Shown: positions 17,744 through 27,113 of the stretch, in pieces
Layout: each line of letters begins with the position of its first letter
How positions within the stretch are numbered: position 1 is the first letter of the stretch
UHGV virus genome: UHGV-1370921
Source of the DNA: a virus
Length of the DNA: 48,712 nucleotides
Reading direction: 5' to 3' (one strand)
Notes under the pieces: generated by a model
The model's input: the letters and a program-made list of their open reading frames with translations, nothing else
Told to the model about the DNA's origin: nothing
Database searches by the model: none
Position numbers and translations under genes: made by a program

Positions 17744-19147
17744 TTTTGCCATTATCTCATCATGAGACAACCCATCAGTCGCGTACTGGTTATAACGTAT
17801 CCAGAATGCGTCCTGTTGTTCCGTGAGTTTCGGTTCGTCATCGGGCGGAGACGCGATGTAATCCAACTCAACTGAAGCTTGTTTATCTATCTCACCATCT
17901 TCAAACTGATATTCTTCAGATGATTCGAGATTGCGCATGATTTGTGACGGCTTCACTATCCCCTCGGCAAGATACAGCATATCCTTATCAGCGCGGATTT
18001 TGGCGGCCTGTGCGATCTGTAATTCGTTAGGTTGAGCGAGTGGTCGCCACTCATAGTTAAAGTCGTCAGGCCAGTAACCCAGCGCGCTACGTACCAGCAC
18101 CTCATCAAGCTGACGCAACCCCGGGTCAACCTGCGTTAACTGTTTAGAACGGATGGAGTTGTTATAGTTGTTCATGTCCCCTTCACCCGTGGCGTTTAAA
18201 CCTTTGGCTGAAGTACCGAACAGACGAGTAACAGGAATGTCAGCCGCACCACTAATCCACGTCATGAACGTCTCAAGCACTGGTGCAACACCGCCCAGGT
18301 CGAGCGTCTTGCGCTCATACGATTCGTCACCGTCCAGCAGGGCCATCTGCACCAGTGATTTCATCTGACTGAACAGGGTGTAACGCGACACAATTGCATC
18401 GTCCTGGTCACTGGCTAACTCATCGGACAACCCTTCACGTTTGACCACATCGACGTTCGCTTCCTGCATCAGTTCCGCGATACCGTCCTTCGAGGCAACC
18501 ATGTCCATGATGTCATCAAGGCACACGCGTAACTCACTGTCACCCCATCCCTGAGTCTGGACCATCTGGCGACGAGGGATACGCTTACCACTAAAACGCG
18601 CAAAATGGGTCCAGTGGATTTGTTGCCCGCCACCGGTGATGGTGTAATACTCCGGCATCATGTAGTTAGGTGCCAGAATGTCCCAGGTGTTCATAGTGAG
18701 CGGTGACATATCGTGACGGTCAAACACGATACAACGCTTCAAATCACCTTTGCGAATACGGCGCACGTCGAGCGGCTTTGACAGGTCCTGACCGGTCAAC
18801 ATGAGAATACCACCGCCACCGTACAGACGCGCCCATGTGACAGCCTCCTGCACGATGGCAGGTATCATCAGTCGGTCCTCTTCGATACGGATGTCATCAG
18901 CTTCCTTGCACTTGATGGTGCGCCACTCACGGCACATGTCTTCGGCGGGGATTTCCACAATCTGACGAGCCAGCCAGTTAGTCTGGTAAGCTGCGTCAAG
19001 TTGTTGCCAGTTGGACAGCGCGGCATACTGGAACGCGTTGTGAGAGCGTTTCGCTTTCCACGTTCCAAGACCAGATACGACGTTTACCAGCCCGTCGGCT
19101 GTTGTAGCTGGCATGAGATGAAGGTTTGTTTTAGCAGCCTTAGCCAT
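17735..19147 (-). CDS. portal protein
   Basis: 470 aa, immediately downstream of the large terminase. Acidic C-terminus. Size and position are typical. Confidence 0.6.
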   Translation of the reverse strand: MAKAAKTNLHLMPATTADGLVNVVSGLGTWKAKRSHNAFQYAALSNWQQLDAAYQTNWLARQIVEIPAEDMCREWRTIKCKEADDIRIEEDRLMIPAIVQEAVTWARLYGGGGILMLTGQDLSKPLDVRRIRKGDLKRCIVFDRHDMSPLTMNTWDILAPNYMMPEYYTITGGGQQIHWTHFARFSGKRIPRRQMVQTQGWGDSELRVCLDDIMDMVASKDGIAELMQEANVDVVKREGLSDELASDQDDAIVSRYTLFSQMKSLVQMALLDGDESYERKTLDLGGVAPVLETFMTWISGAADIPVTRLFGTSAKGLNATGEGDMNNYNNSIRSKQLTQVDPGLRQLDEVLVRSALGYWPDDFNYEWRPLAQPNELQIAQAAKIRADKDMLYLAEGIVKPSQIMRNLESSEEYQFEDGEIDKQASVELDYIASPPDDEPKLTEQQDAFWIRYNQYATDGLSHDEIMAKLS

Positions 19148-19149
19148 GT

Positions 19150-20598
19150 TTATAAAATCTCCGAAACGGTTGCTTTGCCATTGTGGAGCATTTGACTAAT
19201 TGCATCACACATTGGGTCAATCTGGTCATCGTGAGCGTGTGTATCATCGGCAGTGAACGCTTCACACTCCGTAACGAAGTCATGAACCCATGGGGCATCT
19301 TCGGGTATCTTAACATATCCTGACTCAATGTAACCCTGTACATCCATCACGCGGGTTAATTTATTTGCCGCCGGTCCACGTGGTATTTCCCTCACGGGTA
19401 TCACGGGCTTAATTTTGCGGCGAATCTTCTGGATAAGTTCTGTGCCGGATGATTTATCTTCAACAGCCATGTAACGCAAACGACCGTTTTTGTCATTGCG
19501 GTGCTTGTTCCAGAAGTCGGGAATTTTTACCTCAAGCTCATACGCTTCGAACTTGTCACGCATGACGTCGAGGAGATACAGATACCCATCCTCACCCAGT
19601 CCCCACAGTTCGGCGACCTGATAGTCGTTATGCTCTTTGGCTTTCTGCGCCGTATCGATAAACACCGCTCTGTATTTCAGCTTTGGCACAACGGTGTAAC
19701 GTCCGAACCATGACCCCTTCAGAATGCCGCCCCCGAGCGGTGAGGGACGTTGCTGCATCTGACCGGAGAACATGTACGAGTTTTTCTTCTGCATCGCTTT
19801 GAGGGCTTCCAGAGAGTGTTTCTGGGGCCACAATGCACGCTCCGTCGGTAAACCCTCGTCCACAATGGCAGGAAGCACCAGGTGACGGAAATTATACTCC
19901 TCGTCCTTCAGCAGTGTGCCGCAGAAGTCCTCTTCGTGGAGACGCTGCATGATAACGATGCAGGGAGTCTTCGTGGAGTTAAAACGTGATTTGATGGTTT
20001 CATCCCAGCGACGGTTAACACCGTTACGTTTTGGGTCAGAATACGCGTCATCTGGTTTTAACGGGTCATCGATGATAATCGCACCGCCAAAGCCGTTACC
20101 GTTCTCAAAGTCGTCAAGTTTACCAGCACCGAAACCAGTGATAGGACCACCCGCAGCCGTCGCATAGAATACACCACCCTGGTCAGTGCCCCACGCTTTC
20201 TTCGAATCCTTGTTCGCCTTAATGGTCACATGAGGCCAGAGTTTTTGAAACTCTTCGGACTTCAAAACTGATTTAATTGATTCGGAGTTATCCAGCGCGA
20301 GAATATCAGCGTACGACAGATGAATAAATTCACACTTTGGATTTTTAACGTAACACCATGCGGAAAATAATTTAACAGCCAGTTCGGTTTTTGAATAACG
20401 CGGCGGCATGTTAATTATTAAATGAGTGGTGCGACCGTAAAATACATCCATCAATGCATCACAAATTACATGATGGTGGTCACTGAATACAAATTTAGTC
20501 CCTTTTAAAACTTTAAAGAAGAAACGAGCGAATAAAGTAAAATCTTCCTCAAGTGCGAGGCGCAGTAATTTTAATTCTTTTGGGGAATTAAAATTCAT
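19150..20598 (-). CDS. terL: terminase large subunit
   Basis: 482 aa. The N-terminal ATPase region has PRYSKTELAVKLF. The C-terminal nuclease region carries Asp-rich motifs. 11-nt overlap with the small subunit gene. Confidence 0.8.
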   Translation of the reverse strand: MNFNSPKELKLLRLALEEDFTLFARFFFKVLKGTKFVFSDHHHVICDALMDVFYGRTTHLIINMPPRYSKTELAVKLFSAWCYVKNPKCEFIHLSYADILALDNSESIKSVLKSEEFQKLWPHVTIKANKDSKKAWGTDQGGVFYATAAGGPITGFGAGKLDDFENGNGFGGAIIIDDPLKPDDAYSDPKRNGVNRRWDETIKSRFNSTKTPCIVIMQRLHEEDFCGTLLKDEEYNFRHLVLPAIVDEGLPTERALWPQKHSLEALKAMQKKNSYMFSGQMQQRPSPLGGGILKGSWFGRYTVVPKLKYRAVFIDTAQKAKEHNDYQVAELWGLGEDGYLYLLDVMRDKFEAYELEVKIPDFWNKHRNDKNGRLRYMAVEDKSSGTELIQKIRRKIKPVIPVREIPRGPAANKLTRVMDVQGYIESGYVKIPEDAPWVHDFVTECEAFTADDTHAHDDQIDPMCDAISQMLHNGKATVSEIL

Positions 20599-21040
20599 CG
20601 TTAAACGCCTTTTTAAATATTTTCACATCTTCGGCGGTAATGTTGATATTCGTATTCACATTATCCAGACCGCCGGACAACTGAACCAGTTGCTTATCCA
20701 GTCCCATCAATTTCGCTTTACCGAGCACTGCTGCCACAGCTGCGGATGATTGCGGCGTCTCGGCAGACAGTGCGACGTTTTTAATTTCTTCCAGTTCTGC
20801 AACGAGCGAATCAACCGTCACATTGTGGCGCTTCTGGTGAACCTCGCGCAACTGTCGCAGTCTTACCGAAATATTATCCTTGTTGAGCATTTCAGATGCT
20901 TTCACGGCGATGGTGTTCTGCCCCATGTTCTTCGCATCATACGAGCGACGATATGCCTCGCTTGCGTTACCCGTTTCCACAAACGCGCGGCAAAATGCTT
21001 CCTGTTTCTCAGTCAGAGGTCTTGTCATGATAGCCCCCAC
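20588..21040 (-). CDS. terS: terminase small subunit
   Basis: 150 aa. LTEKQEAFCRAFVETGNASEAYRRSYDAK is the HTH region typical of small terminases. First gene of the late head operon. Confidence 0.65.
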   Translation of the reverse strand: MGAIMTRPLTEKQEAFCRAFVETGNASEAYRRSYDAKNMGQNTIAVKASEMLNKDNISVRLRQLREVHQKRHNVTVDSLVAELEEIKNVALSAETPQSSAAVAAVLGKAKLMGLDKQLVQLSGGLDNVNTNINITAEDVKIFKKAFNDEF

Positions 21041-21088
21041 GCTATTGTCTCTAATGCCACGATTCTACCATGACTGACCCGTCATTGC

Positions 21089-21376
21089 CACATACCCCGT
21101 TAAAACTCGTTCGGGGTACTTCATCGGGGTATGAAAAACTCTTTACCTTTCAATACTATACTACTTATTACCCTTATACCCTTATAAAATAGTAATTAGT
21201 ATAGTAGTAAGATAGTAAAAGAATGTATATATACAGCATACAAACAGTAATAAAAGAGAAGGGAGAATATAGCAAGAATGTACGGGGTTTTCGGTTATGC
21301 GCGTAAACCTATGATTGTGAAAGTAAATTTGCCACCCCGATAGCTCGGGTATTTCGGGGTAAAATGAGGTATTGAC
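21089..21376. repeat. 288-bp intergenic element copy B
   Basis: About 90% identical to 7916-8203, with the same hairpin, GGGGTA iterons and AT-rich core. It likewise ends at a TTGAC -35 box and lies upstream of a late operon (the terminase operon). Confidence 0.75.
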
Positions 21377-21400
21377 ACGGCAAACAACTCATGTAACAAT
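21372..21400 (+). promoter_or_regulatory. sigma70-like promoter TTGACA-N17-AACAAT
   Basis: In a position homologous to the promoter at 8199 in repeat copy A. The -10 is weaker. Confidence 0.4.
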
Positions 21401-21437
21401 GTATAAATCAAATATACAGTATGCGGGGTTTATACAA

Positions 21438-22025
21438 ATGTACCATCTTAGAGAAAATTGTGATTGCAAAACGTTTCATGAAGACACGGGTCTTTGTACG
21501 CTTTGTGCCCGATACAATCATGAGGACTTCGTGAGACATTTCAAAAACAGAACTAATTCTGACGATGAGCACGAGCAATGGTTACTGGACCAGTTATGGA
21601 ACAACCCGAATAACGGCCTCAGAATCGGCACCAAACGCATGTCAAAATGCGGTCATCCGGGCGTCTACCGCGGTAGTAAATGTGCGATATGTTGTAAGAT
21701 TAGTAAAGACGCTAAAGCCTCTCAGGCGCTTCAAAAAAGCACTAACCATGTAGACACAATGCGTTTCACTCTTGAACAATTAAACGCAACTATTGAGGAA
21801 ATGAAGCGCCAACGGAAAACACTGGAACAGGCCATACAGTTGGCTGAGATGGGATTGAATATCGGCAACATCACTTTAACCACTGTCAAGATGAAAACAC
21901 CACGTCAAATAGCTATTGAGGCGGGTCAGAAGTGGTACATGCCTTATGAACCCTGTAAAAACTGCAATACAATATCTGAACGTTATGTAGCAAATGGTCG
22001 CTGCCGCAATTGTGGAGGTAAATAA
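21438..22025 (+). CDS. Cys-rich zinc-finger protein (early)
   Basis: Multiple CxxC pairs: CDCK...CTLC, CGHPGVYRGSKCAICC, CKNC...CRNCGG. The track ORF starts with TTG inside the -35 box. The first in-frame ATG after the predicted transcription start is 21438. Confidence 0.45.
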   Translation: MYHLRENCDCKTFHEDTGLCTLCARYNHEDFVRHFKNRTNSDDEHEQWLLDQLWNNPNNGLRIGTKRMSKCGHPGVYRGSKCAICCKISKDAKASQALQKSTNHVDTMRFTLEQLNATIEEMKRQRKTLEQAIQLAEMGLNIGNITLTTVKMKTPRQIAIEAGQKWYMPYEPCKNCNTISERYVANGRCRNCGGK

Positions 22026-22026
22026 G

Positions 22027-22266
22027 ATGGGTAATGAAAAGTTTCTGATAATGGTTGGACGTATCCTTGTTGCTGGGTTTAAGCTCGACGATATTAAAAT
22101 AGAACTGCACAAATATGACTCTACAACTGGAACGGGGTTCATTGCGCTACGAGCGCCGGATGGTTTATTCGAAGTTATTGCCGATAACACTGGAGACAAA
22201 CCTGTCAGCTACGTTTTAAAAAAGAAAGGTATTTATGAATCGCTACTCATGCAATTACGAGACTAA
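22027..22266 (+). CDS. small hypothetical protein
   Basis: 79 aa. GGAGG RBS. Followed by a terminator. Confidence 0.4.
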   Translation: MGNEKFLIMVGRILVAGFKLDDIKIELHKYDSTTGTGFIALRAPDGLFEVIADNTGDKPVSYVLKKKGIYESLLMQLRD

Positions 22267-22279
22267 CCCCAAATAATAA

Positions 22280-22316
22280 TAATAAAAACAAAGCCCGCTA
22301 AATGCGGGCCTTTTAA
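22280..22316. terminator. bidirectional rho-independent terminator
   Basis: GCCCGCtaaatGCGGGC, with a T-run on plus and an A-run on the other side. Sits between convergent genes. Confidence 0.6.
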
Positions 22317-22321
22317 TTTCC

Positions 22322-23476
22322 TTATTCCCCTTTTCCTTCCAGTCCATACTGGTCCTTAATCATTTCCACGGGGATTGATATTCTACCAATCTCACCGTAA
22401 TTCCGATGATACGTTATGACTGTAGCACTTCTTCCGGAGTCGTAACCTCCGTTACTTGAATACTCGTCTTTGGCTGCCAGAGTTTGATGCATCTCAGTAA
22501 TGAACATGTTGCTCTCTGCTACTTTCCGATGATGATAATGCCCCATGTGTAGGTAGCCAAACTTAGTACGACCGTAAATTTCCCGGAACTTACTGGCAAA
22601 TACTGCGTCCAGCTTTTCCATCCTGGAGCAGTGCCCATGATGTACACCAATCATTACTTTTCCAAATTCGATTGCGTAGTAGGGACTCTGTTCGTCTACA
22701 ATGGTCACGCGGGGATTATCGCAATACACCTCTTTAAACATCTCTCTCAACCACACGGTAGACGCAAGGTCGTGGTTACCCGTGGCGATTAGTAGCGTCA
22801 CTTTCCGATGCTTCTCCAGACACATGTTCACGGCTCGCTTAATCACACGGATAGCAGTCTGGACCACTTTGAAGAAACGCGTATCGGAGTCGAGAATATG
22901 TCCGGATGTTGGTGTAACCGCCTTCAGGCCGTCGAAGTGCAGGAAATCCCCCTGAAGGTTAATCAGACACTCTGTTGCGTTGGGTGCCAATGCTGTCGCT
23001 GATTTGAACCACGACGATATGAGATGTTCCGCAATGTTGGTGTCGTAATCGTCTCCACCCTCTTCTTCACATGCCAACATACCGATGTGTGCATCTGTTA
23101 CTGTGTACATGTTCAAGAGAGTGGCATCCTCATCACGGGATATTAAATTAATTTCCTCTAGTGGGGATAAGCACTCTGTAAGCGCCACAATCGCTTCCTG
23201 CATCATTTTCAGCTGGCGCTCAGCATCCACATCGGTCTTGACCCATTGCAGCGCTACAGTCCCGTCCTCCTTCACCAGTGACGATGTGCCTTTCACCTTG
23301 TAACCGTCTGGTACAAAGCGGGACACATTACCACCGTGACCCAGACCGCGCGCACCGAGACGTTTGATGCGGCGGTTAATGTTACCGGGGGTCATACCGT
23401 ACTTTCTGGCAATGGCGTGACCACTCATTCCCGCAGCCACGTCTGTCAGTAATTGTTCTTCAGTCAGTACAGTCAT
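22322..23476 (-). CDS. HTH + calcineurin-like metallophosphoesterase
   Basis: N-terminal MSGHAIARKYGMTPGNINRRIKRLG (HTH). Phosphoesterase motifs DAHIG, GDFLHFDG, GNHD, GVHHGH and GHYHH. Confidence 0.6.
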   Translation of the reverse strand: MTVLTEEQLLTDVAAGMSGHAIARKYGMTPGNINRRIKRLGARGLGHGGNVSRFVPDGYKVKGTSSLVKEDGTVALQWVKTDVDAERQLKMMQEAIVALTECLSPLEEINLISRDEDATLLNMYTVTDAHIGMLACEEEGGDDYDTNIAEHLISSWFKSATALAPNATECLINLQGDFLHFDGLKAVTPTSGHILDSDTRFFKVVQTAIRVIKRAVNMCLEKHRKVTLLIATGNHDLASTVWLREMFKEVYCDNPRVTIVDEQSPYYAIEFGKVMIGVHHGHCSRMEKLDAVFASKFREIYGRTKFGYLHMGHYHHRKVAESNMFITEMHQTLAAKDEYSSNGGYDSGRSATVITYHRNYGEIGRISIPVEMIKDQYGLEGKGE

Positions 23477-23772
23477 TATGCTTTGCTCCGGTTTTTAACT
23501 AACTGGTCAATAACAACTGTGAAGAACTGGTTACATCCGACGTTCGGGTAATCGATTGCAAATTTATAACCCTGCTTCAGCAGATTGCCCTGACGCACAC
23601 TACCCGTGGGGTTAGTAATTCGTTGCACGTGTTCCAGTGTCATACCCATACGCTGCCCGTCACAACCGTTGAACAGCATGTTAGCGACCTGTGCTTCATC
23701 ACTCACTGCAATCACACCCGCGTGAGCCTGAGCGCCCACCAGGAGCGCTACAAGTGGTAAATATTTAATCAT
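23476..23772 (-). CDS. secreted small protein
   Basis: Signal peptide MIKYLPLVALLVGAQAHA followed by two Cys residues. Confidence 0.45.
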   Translation of the reverse strand: MIKYLPLVALLVGAQAHAGVIAVSDEAQVANMLFNGCDGQRMGMTLEHVQRITNPTGSVRQGNLLKQGYKFAIDYPNVGCNQFFTVVIDQLVKNRSKA

Positions 23773-23990
23773 GGTTTACGCTCCAACAATTCAATGTACT
23801 CTTTCAGTACGTCCGCGCGATGTTTACCCCAGGGTAATAAAATGTCAAAGCGTGAATCCTTCTGCACCCATTCTGTTTTGTCTTGCCACGTTATAAATGC
23901 AGCTTTATATTTCTCCAGTTCCACCACCCGAGCCTCAGCTGCCAAACAGCGCTCCATCAACTGGCAATAACTTAGTGTTTCCATATCCAC
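23769..23990 (-). CDS. hypothetical protein
   Basis: 73-aa ORF with ATGA-type overlap. Confidence 0.35.
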   Translation of the reverse strand: MDMETLSYCQLMERCLAAEARVVELEKYKAAFITWQDKTEWVQKDSRFDILLPWGKHRADVLKEYIELLERKP

Positions 23991-24154
23991 ATCTCCCGTA
24001 CTTTACCCCCAACAATGAGACGAGTGACACACAGTCCTTCCCGGTCAGCCTGTGTACGCATACGTGACAGCATGGTCAGCGCCTGAACCTCGGTCATATT
24101 ACCCAGCATGTCAGACAATTTGTGATGACTAATAATGTTTTTCATTTGTTGCAC
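23972..24154 (-). CDS. hypothetical protein
   Basis: 60-aa ORF. Confidence 0.3.
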   Translation of the reverse strand: MQQMKNIISHHKLSDMLGNMTEVQALTMLSRMRTQADREGLCVTRLIVGGKVREMWIWKH

Positions 24155-24332
24155 TCCTTTTTCATTAAACCCGCCGAAGCGGGTCGTATTTTATTTATTT
24201 ACCCTGCGTTGCCAGGTAGCGCTCTTTGAGTTTCTGCCAGTGCCAGCGCATGACGTGCTCGTTATGGTAGTTGCTTACTGAAAATTGTGTTTTCTTGCTC
24301 ATCTTCATCACCTCTCTGTTGTCGATGAACTA

Positions 24333-24361
24333 ACTATAACCCACCTTGACGAACTCGTCAA
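24333..24361 (-). promoter_or_regulatory. sigma70-like promoter TTGACGagttCGTCAaggtgggt-TATAGT (minus strand)
   Basis: Near-identical to the 4340 promoter, including the spacer and the TATAGT -10. Drives the early minus-strand operon 24304 down to 22322. Confidence 0.55.
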
Positions 24362-24371
24362 TATTGATCGC

Positions 24372-24395
24372 AAAAAAAAAGCCCCGAAGGGCTTA
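24372..24395 (-). terminator. rho-independent terminator after the primase-helicase gene
   Basis: Minus RNA AAGCCCuucgGGGCUU followed by U9. Overlaps the TAA stop of gene 24393-26750. Confidence 0.6.
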
Positions 24396-26750
24396 TTTAG
24401 TTTCTGCAAAGGCCATTGCACTTGTATCACCCTGTGCCGCTGCGTAATGACGTGCTACGTCCGCCGCATTTGTGAGGTTAGCGTGAATGTGTCCAATCTT
24501 GATATAGAGACGTGGTTTACCACCATCAATCATTATTACATTGTTCACACGCCCATCCTTGAGTGCCGGGTGCCAGTCGTAACCCAGTTGACGCATCATG
24601 TCACGACGTTTACCCACTGGTACGGCTCTGTCAGCACGCATCTGGCGTAACAGGTTGTCCAGTGCCTTACTGCTCACCCAACCACCCGCAAAACCCTGTC
24701 GACCCTCGTCGATCGCTTCCATAATTTCCTGTTCGACGCTGCCGAGTGATGCTGTCACAGCTTCGTGTGTACTGCTTGTCTCTGGTGCACGCTGGCAATG
24801 TGTCGCCGGGTTAAATTGTGCGGGGATGTCGTAGTTCTCCAGATAATGTGTTACGGCCGCAAAACCACCACCGCGTTTGAGCCAGTCGTACAGGTTGGGG
24901 AAGTAGTCACCACCCATACCGTCGCGCACTATGTCGATATGCTCCTGCTGCGCCGTGTAGAAAATAGCGAACCGGCGGTCATTAGCCGTCTTGCGCACGG
25001 CGTTCTTGTGGTTACTGTTAAACATGAAGTTAGCACACAGTCGGTGCATTACCTGGTCCTGTTGCATCGCACGTTTAGCGAGGTACTCACCAGTAATCAT
25101 AGGCTTGAGTGTTTCAATCAGCTCAAGTTTCTGCTCAGGAACGTAAATATCCTCCACGCCGATAAATATTTTATCGAACAACCAGGCGTTAAACTTCTCG
25201 CCAATTTCCTGTGCTGGCGGCATGTGGCTGTAGCGTGAACCGACCGCTTCCATTACGCACAGTGTGAACAGTGTTTTACCGTTGCCTTCAACGCCCTGCA
25301 ACAATGGTGCCCACTTGAACTTGGTTCCTTTGTACTGGACACACGCTGCCATGTAGGATAGCAGAATGTCGCGGTCACGCTCGACGGGTAAAAGTTTAGC
25401 CAGATGAGTGAGGAAAGGTGCCACATCGCCCGGGACGCTCGCCACCGTCACCGGTACATATGCGTTGACATGACGCAGACCGTCTTCTTCGATAATGGCA
25501 CCCTGCGGCAGGTCCGGACGGAATGTTGAGCGGTCAACTTTCGGAAACATGATACACTGGTTCTCGGTGAACGCTTCGAAAGCCTTTTTGGTGGTCTTCT
25601 CATTACCGTCATCCAGTGCAAACACATAGCCACCGTACATCGCGTTAAACTGCTCAGACTTCAGCATCTGACCGTTGGGCGTGAGAATACGGTGGCTGTC
25701 TGCCACATATACGCAGCCTTTGAAGTGGTCAACAAGCTGCGAGCCGCCAATAAACTGATACCCACTGCGGATAACCGGTGCACCTGTCTCAATGACCTGA
25801 GCAGGGGTCACCAGTTCAATCGGTGCGCCGACGTTGTAGTAGGTAGTCTGACGTGCGCAAGCGCCCAGAATGGAACGTCGCATGTACGATTTGTGACTGT
25901 CCCATTTAGGACGTGCCAGCGCAGACAGACGCATCAGGCGTTCAATACGTTCACAGTTACCACCGGTCCAGAACGCTAAATGCTGGGCTAATGCGGCGTC
26001 AGCACTTGACCCGTCATACTCGCGGTCCTCATCCGGATACGCATCACTCAGTACCTCGACATTGCGCGTCCACAGGTCTTTAAATGTTGCTTTACCACCG
26101 AATACAGCCGCAACACCACCTTTACTTGAACAGGCTTTTTCGATGAGTTTCGCATCATCTTCAATCGGGCATGAGCCTTCAGCGTGAGTTGTGGTCCATT
26201 CCGTCGCCGTAACTTGCTCGGTCTGCGGGAAATACCGGGCAACCGTGGTGTTGAGCGGCACAGACGCGTTAAACATCATGTCACCCCGTGCACCACTTCC
26301 CAGACAGATAAAACGGTCAGACGTGTACAGTTCAATGTGCAGCGGAATATTTTTACAGCTATGCTCGGGGATGGACGGACTGTAACCAAAAATGTGCAAG
26401 CCTTTACCGCTGTTGCTCACTTCCACATAACAACCGGCAAAAGTGGTGCACAACTCCAGCGCGAGCGGTGACCAGGTATTATCGTCCTGCAGTGCCCCGT
26501 CGATATCCACGCAGAAACGACCGTCACCCGTAAGAATGACTGCAGGACGATATGACTCACCCAGTGCAGAAGCCGCCGCAACCGCCTGAGCGTGAGTCAT
26601 ACGGTCCGCAACGTGCAGACTGACCACATCGCCAGCAGCGTTACACGGCATCTTCTCCGTGCGCCCGGGCTTCTTCTGTGAAGGCACTGTTTTGCAGACG
26701 ATAAAGTGCAGGGAATCAGCCCCCTGCACCGGGGGATTCATATGTGTCAT
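24393..26750 (-). CDS. DNA primase-polymerase / SF3 helicase (PrimPol-D5N-helicase type)
   Basis: N-terminal region with SNSGKGLHIFGY (primase-polymerase-like). Central and C-terminal region with Walker A GVEGNGKTLF. 785 aa. Confidence 0.65.
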   Translation of the reverse strand: MTHMNPPVQGADSLHFIVCKTVPSQKKPGRTEKMPCNAAGDVVSLHVADRMTHAQAVAAASALGESYRPAVILTGDGRFCVDIDGALQDDNTWSPLALELCTTFAGCYVEVSNSGKGLHIFGYSPSIPEHSCKNIPLHIELYTSDRFICLGSGARGDMMFNASVPLNTTVARYFPQTEQVTATEWTTTHAEGSCPIEDDAKLIEKACSSKGGVAAVFGGKATFKDLWTRNVEVLSDAYPDEDREYDGSSADAALAQHLAFWTGGNCERIERLMRLSALARPKWDSHKSYMRRSILGACARQTTYYNVGAPIELVTPAQVIETGAPVIRSGYQFIGGSQLVDHFKGCVYVADSHRILTPNGQMLKSEQFNAMYGGYVFALDDGNEKTTKKAFEAFTENQCIMFPKVDRSTFRPDLPQGAIIEEDGLRHVNAYVPVTVASVPGDVAPFLTHLAKLLPVERDRDILLSYMAACVQYKGTKFKWAPLLQGVEGNGKTLFTLCVMEAVGSRYSHMPPAQEIGEKFNAWLFDKIFIGVEDIYVPEQKLELIETLKPMITGEYLAKRAMQQDQVMHRLCANFMFNSNHKNAVRKTANDRRFAIFYTAQQEHIDIVRDGMGGDYFPNLYDWLKRGGGFAAVTHYLENYDIPAQFNPATHCQRAPETSSTHEAVTASLGSVEQEIMEAIDEGRQGFAGGWVSSKALDNLLRQMRADRAVPVGKRRDMMRQLGYDWHPALKDGRVNNVIMIDGGKPRLYIKIGHIHANLTNAADVARHYAAAQGDTSAMAFAETK

Positions 26751-26776
26751 CTCCGTCTCTCTCTCTGTTTTGGTTA

Positions 26777-27055
26777 TTAAAGCAGGGTTGTCAGCGCGCG
26801 GGTGCGTAGCTCCAGTGGCGCAGATTTGGCAACGCTATCACCTAGCGCCATCCCCTGCCCAATCAATTCGAGGTTTTCTTCTTCCACTGCTCGTTGCATC
26901 ACTGCTTCACGAAGTGCGGACATCTTACCCCAGTGATGGTTAACACTTCCCATTGCCACGCCTGCTTCGGCTGCGACACCATCGCGTGTTAGACTGCCAA
27001 AGCCATCACGCTGTGCCATTACATATGCGACTTCTAAAATATTATCTTTGCTCAT
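26777..27055 (-). CDS. short TetR-N-like HTH DNA-binding protein
   Basis: ILEVAYVMAQRDGFGSLTRDGVAAEAGVAMGSVNHHWGK matches the TetR_N helix-turn-helix pattern. Only ~92 aa, so it lacks a ligand-binding domain. The track's GTG start lies inside its own promoter, so ATG at 27053-27055 is used. Confidence 0.45.
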   Translation of the reverse strand: MSKDNILEVAYVMAQRDGFGSLTRDGVAAEAGVAMGSVNHHWGKMSALREAVMQRAVEEENLELIGQGMALGDSVAKSAPLELRTRALTTLL

Positions 27056-27084
27056 GAGTTCGATTCCATTAGGTAATTTGTTGC

Positions 27085-27113
27085 AGTATGGCACAGGTTG
27101 ACGGAGTGGTCAA
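27085..27113 (-). promoter_or_regulatory. sigma70-like promoter TTGACCactcCGTCAa-N-CATACT (minus strand)
   Basis: Variant of the palindromic -35 family. 17-nt spacer. Upstream of the TetR-like gene. Confidence 0.45.

Noticed and set aside
21372-21374. TTG start of the Cys-rich ORF coinciding with the -35 hexamer
   Set aside because: A start codon inside the promoter cannot be transcribed from that promoter. The in-frame ATG at 21438 was used instead.
27092-27094. GTG start of the TetR-like ORF as given in the ORF track
   Set aside because: It falls inside the spacer of the gene's own predicted promoter. The ATG at 27053-27055 is the first start downstream of the predicted transcription start.
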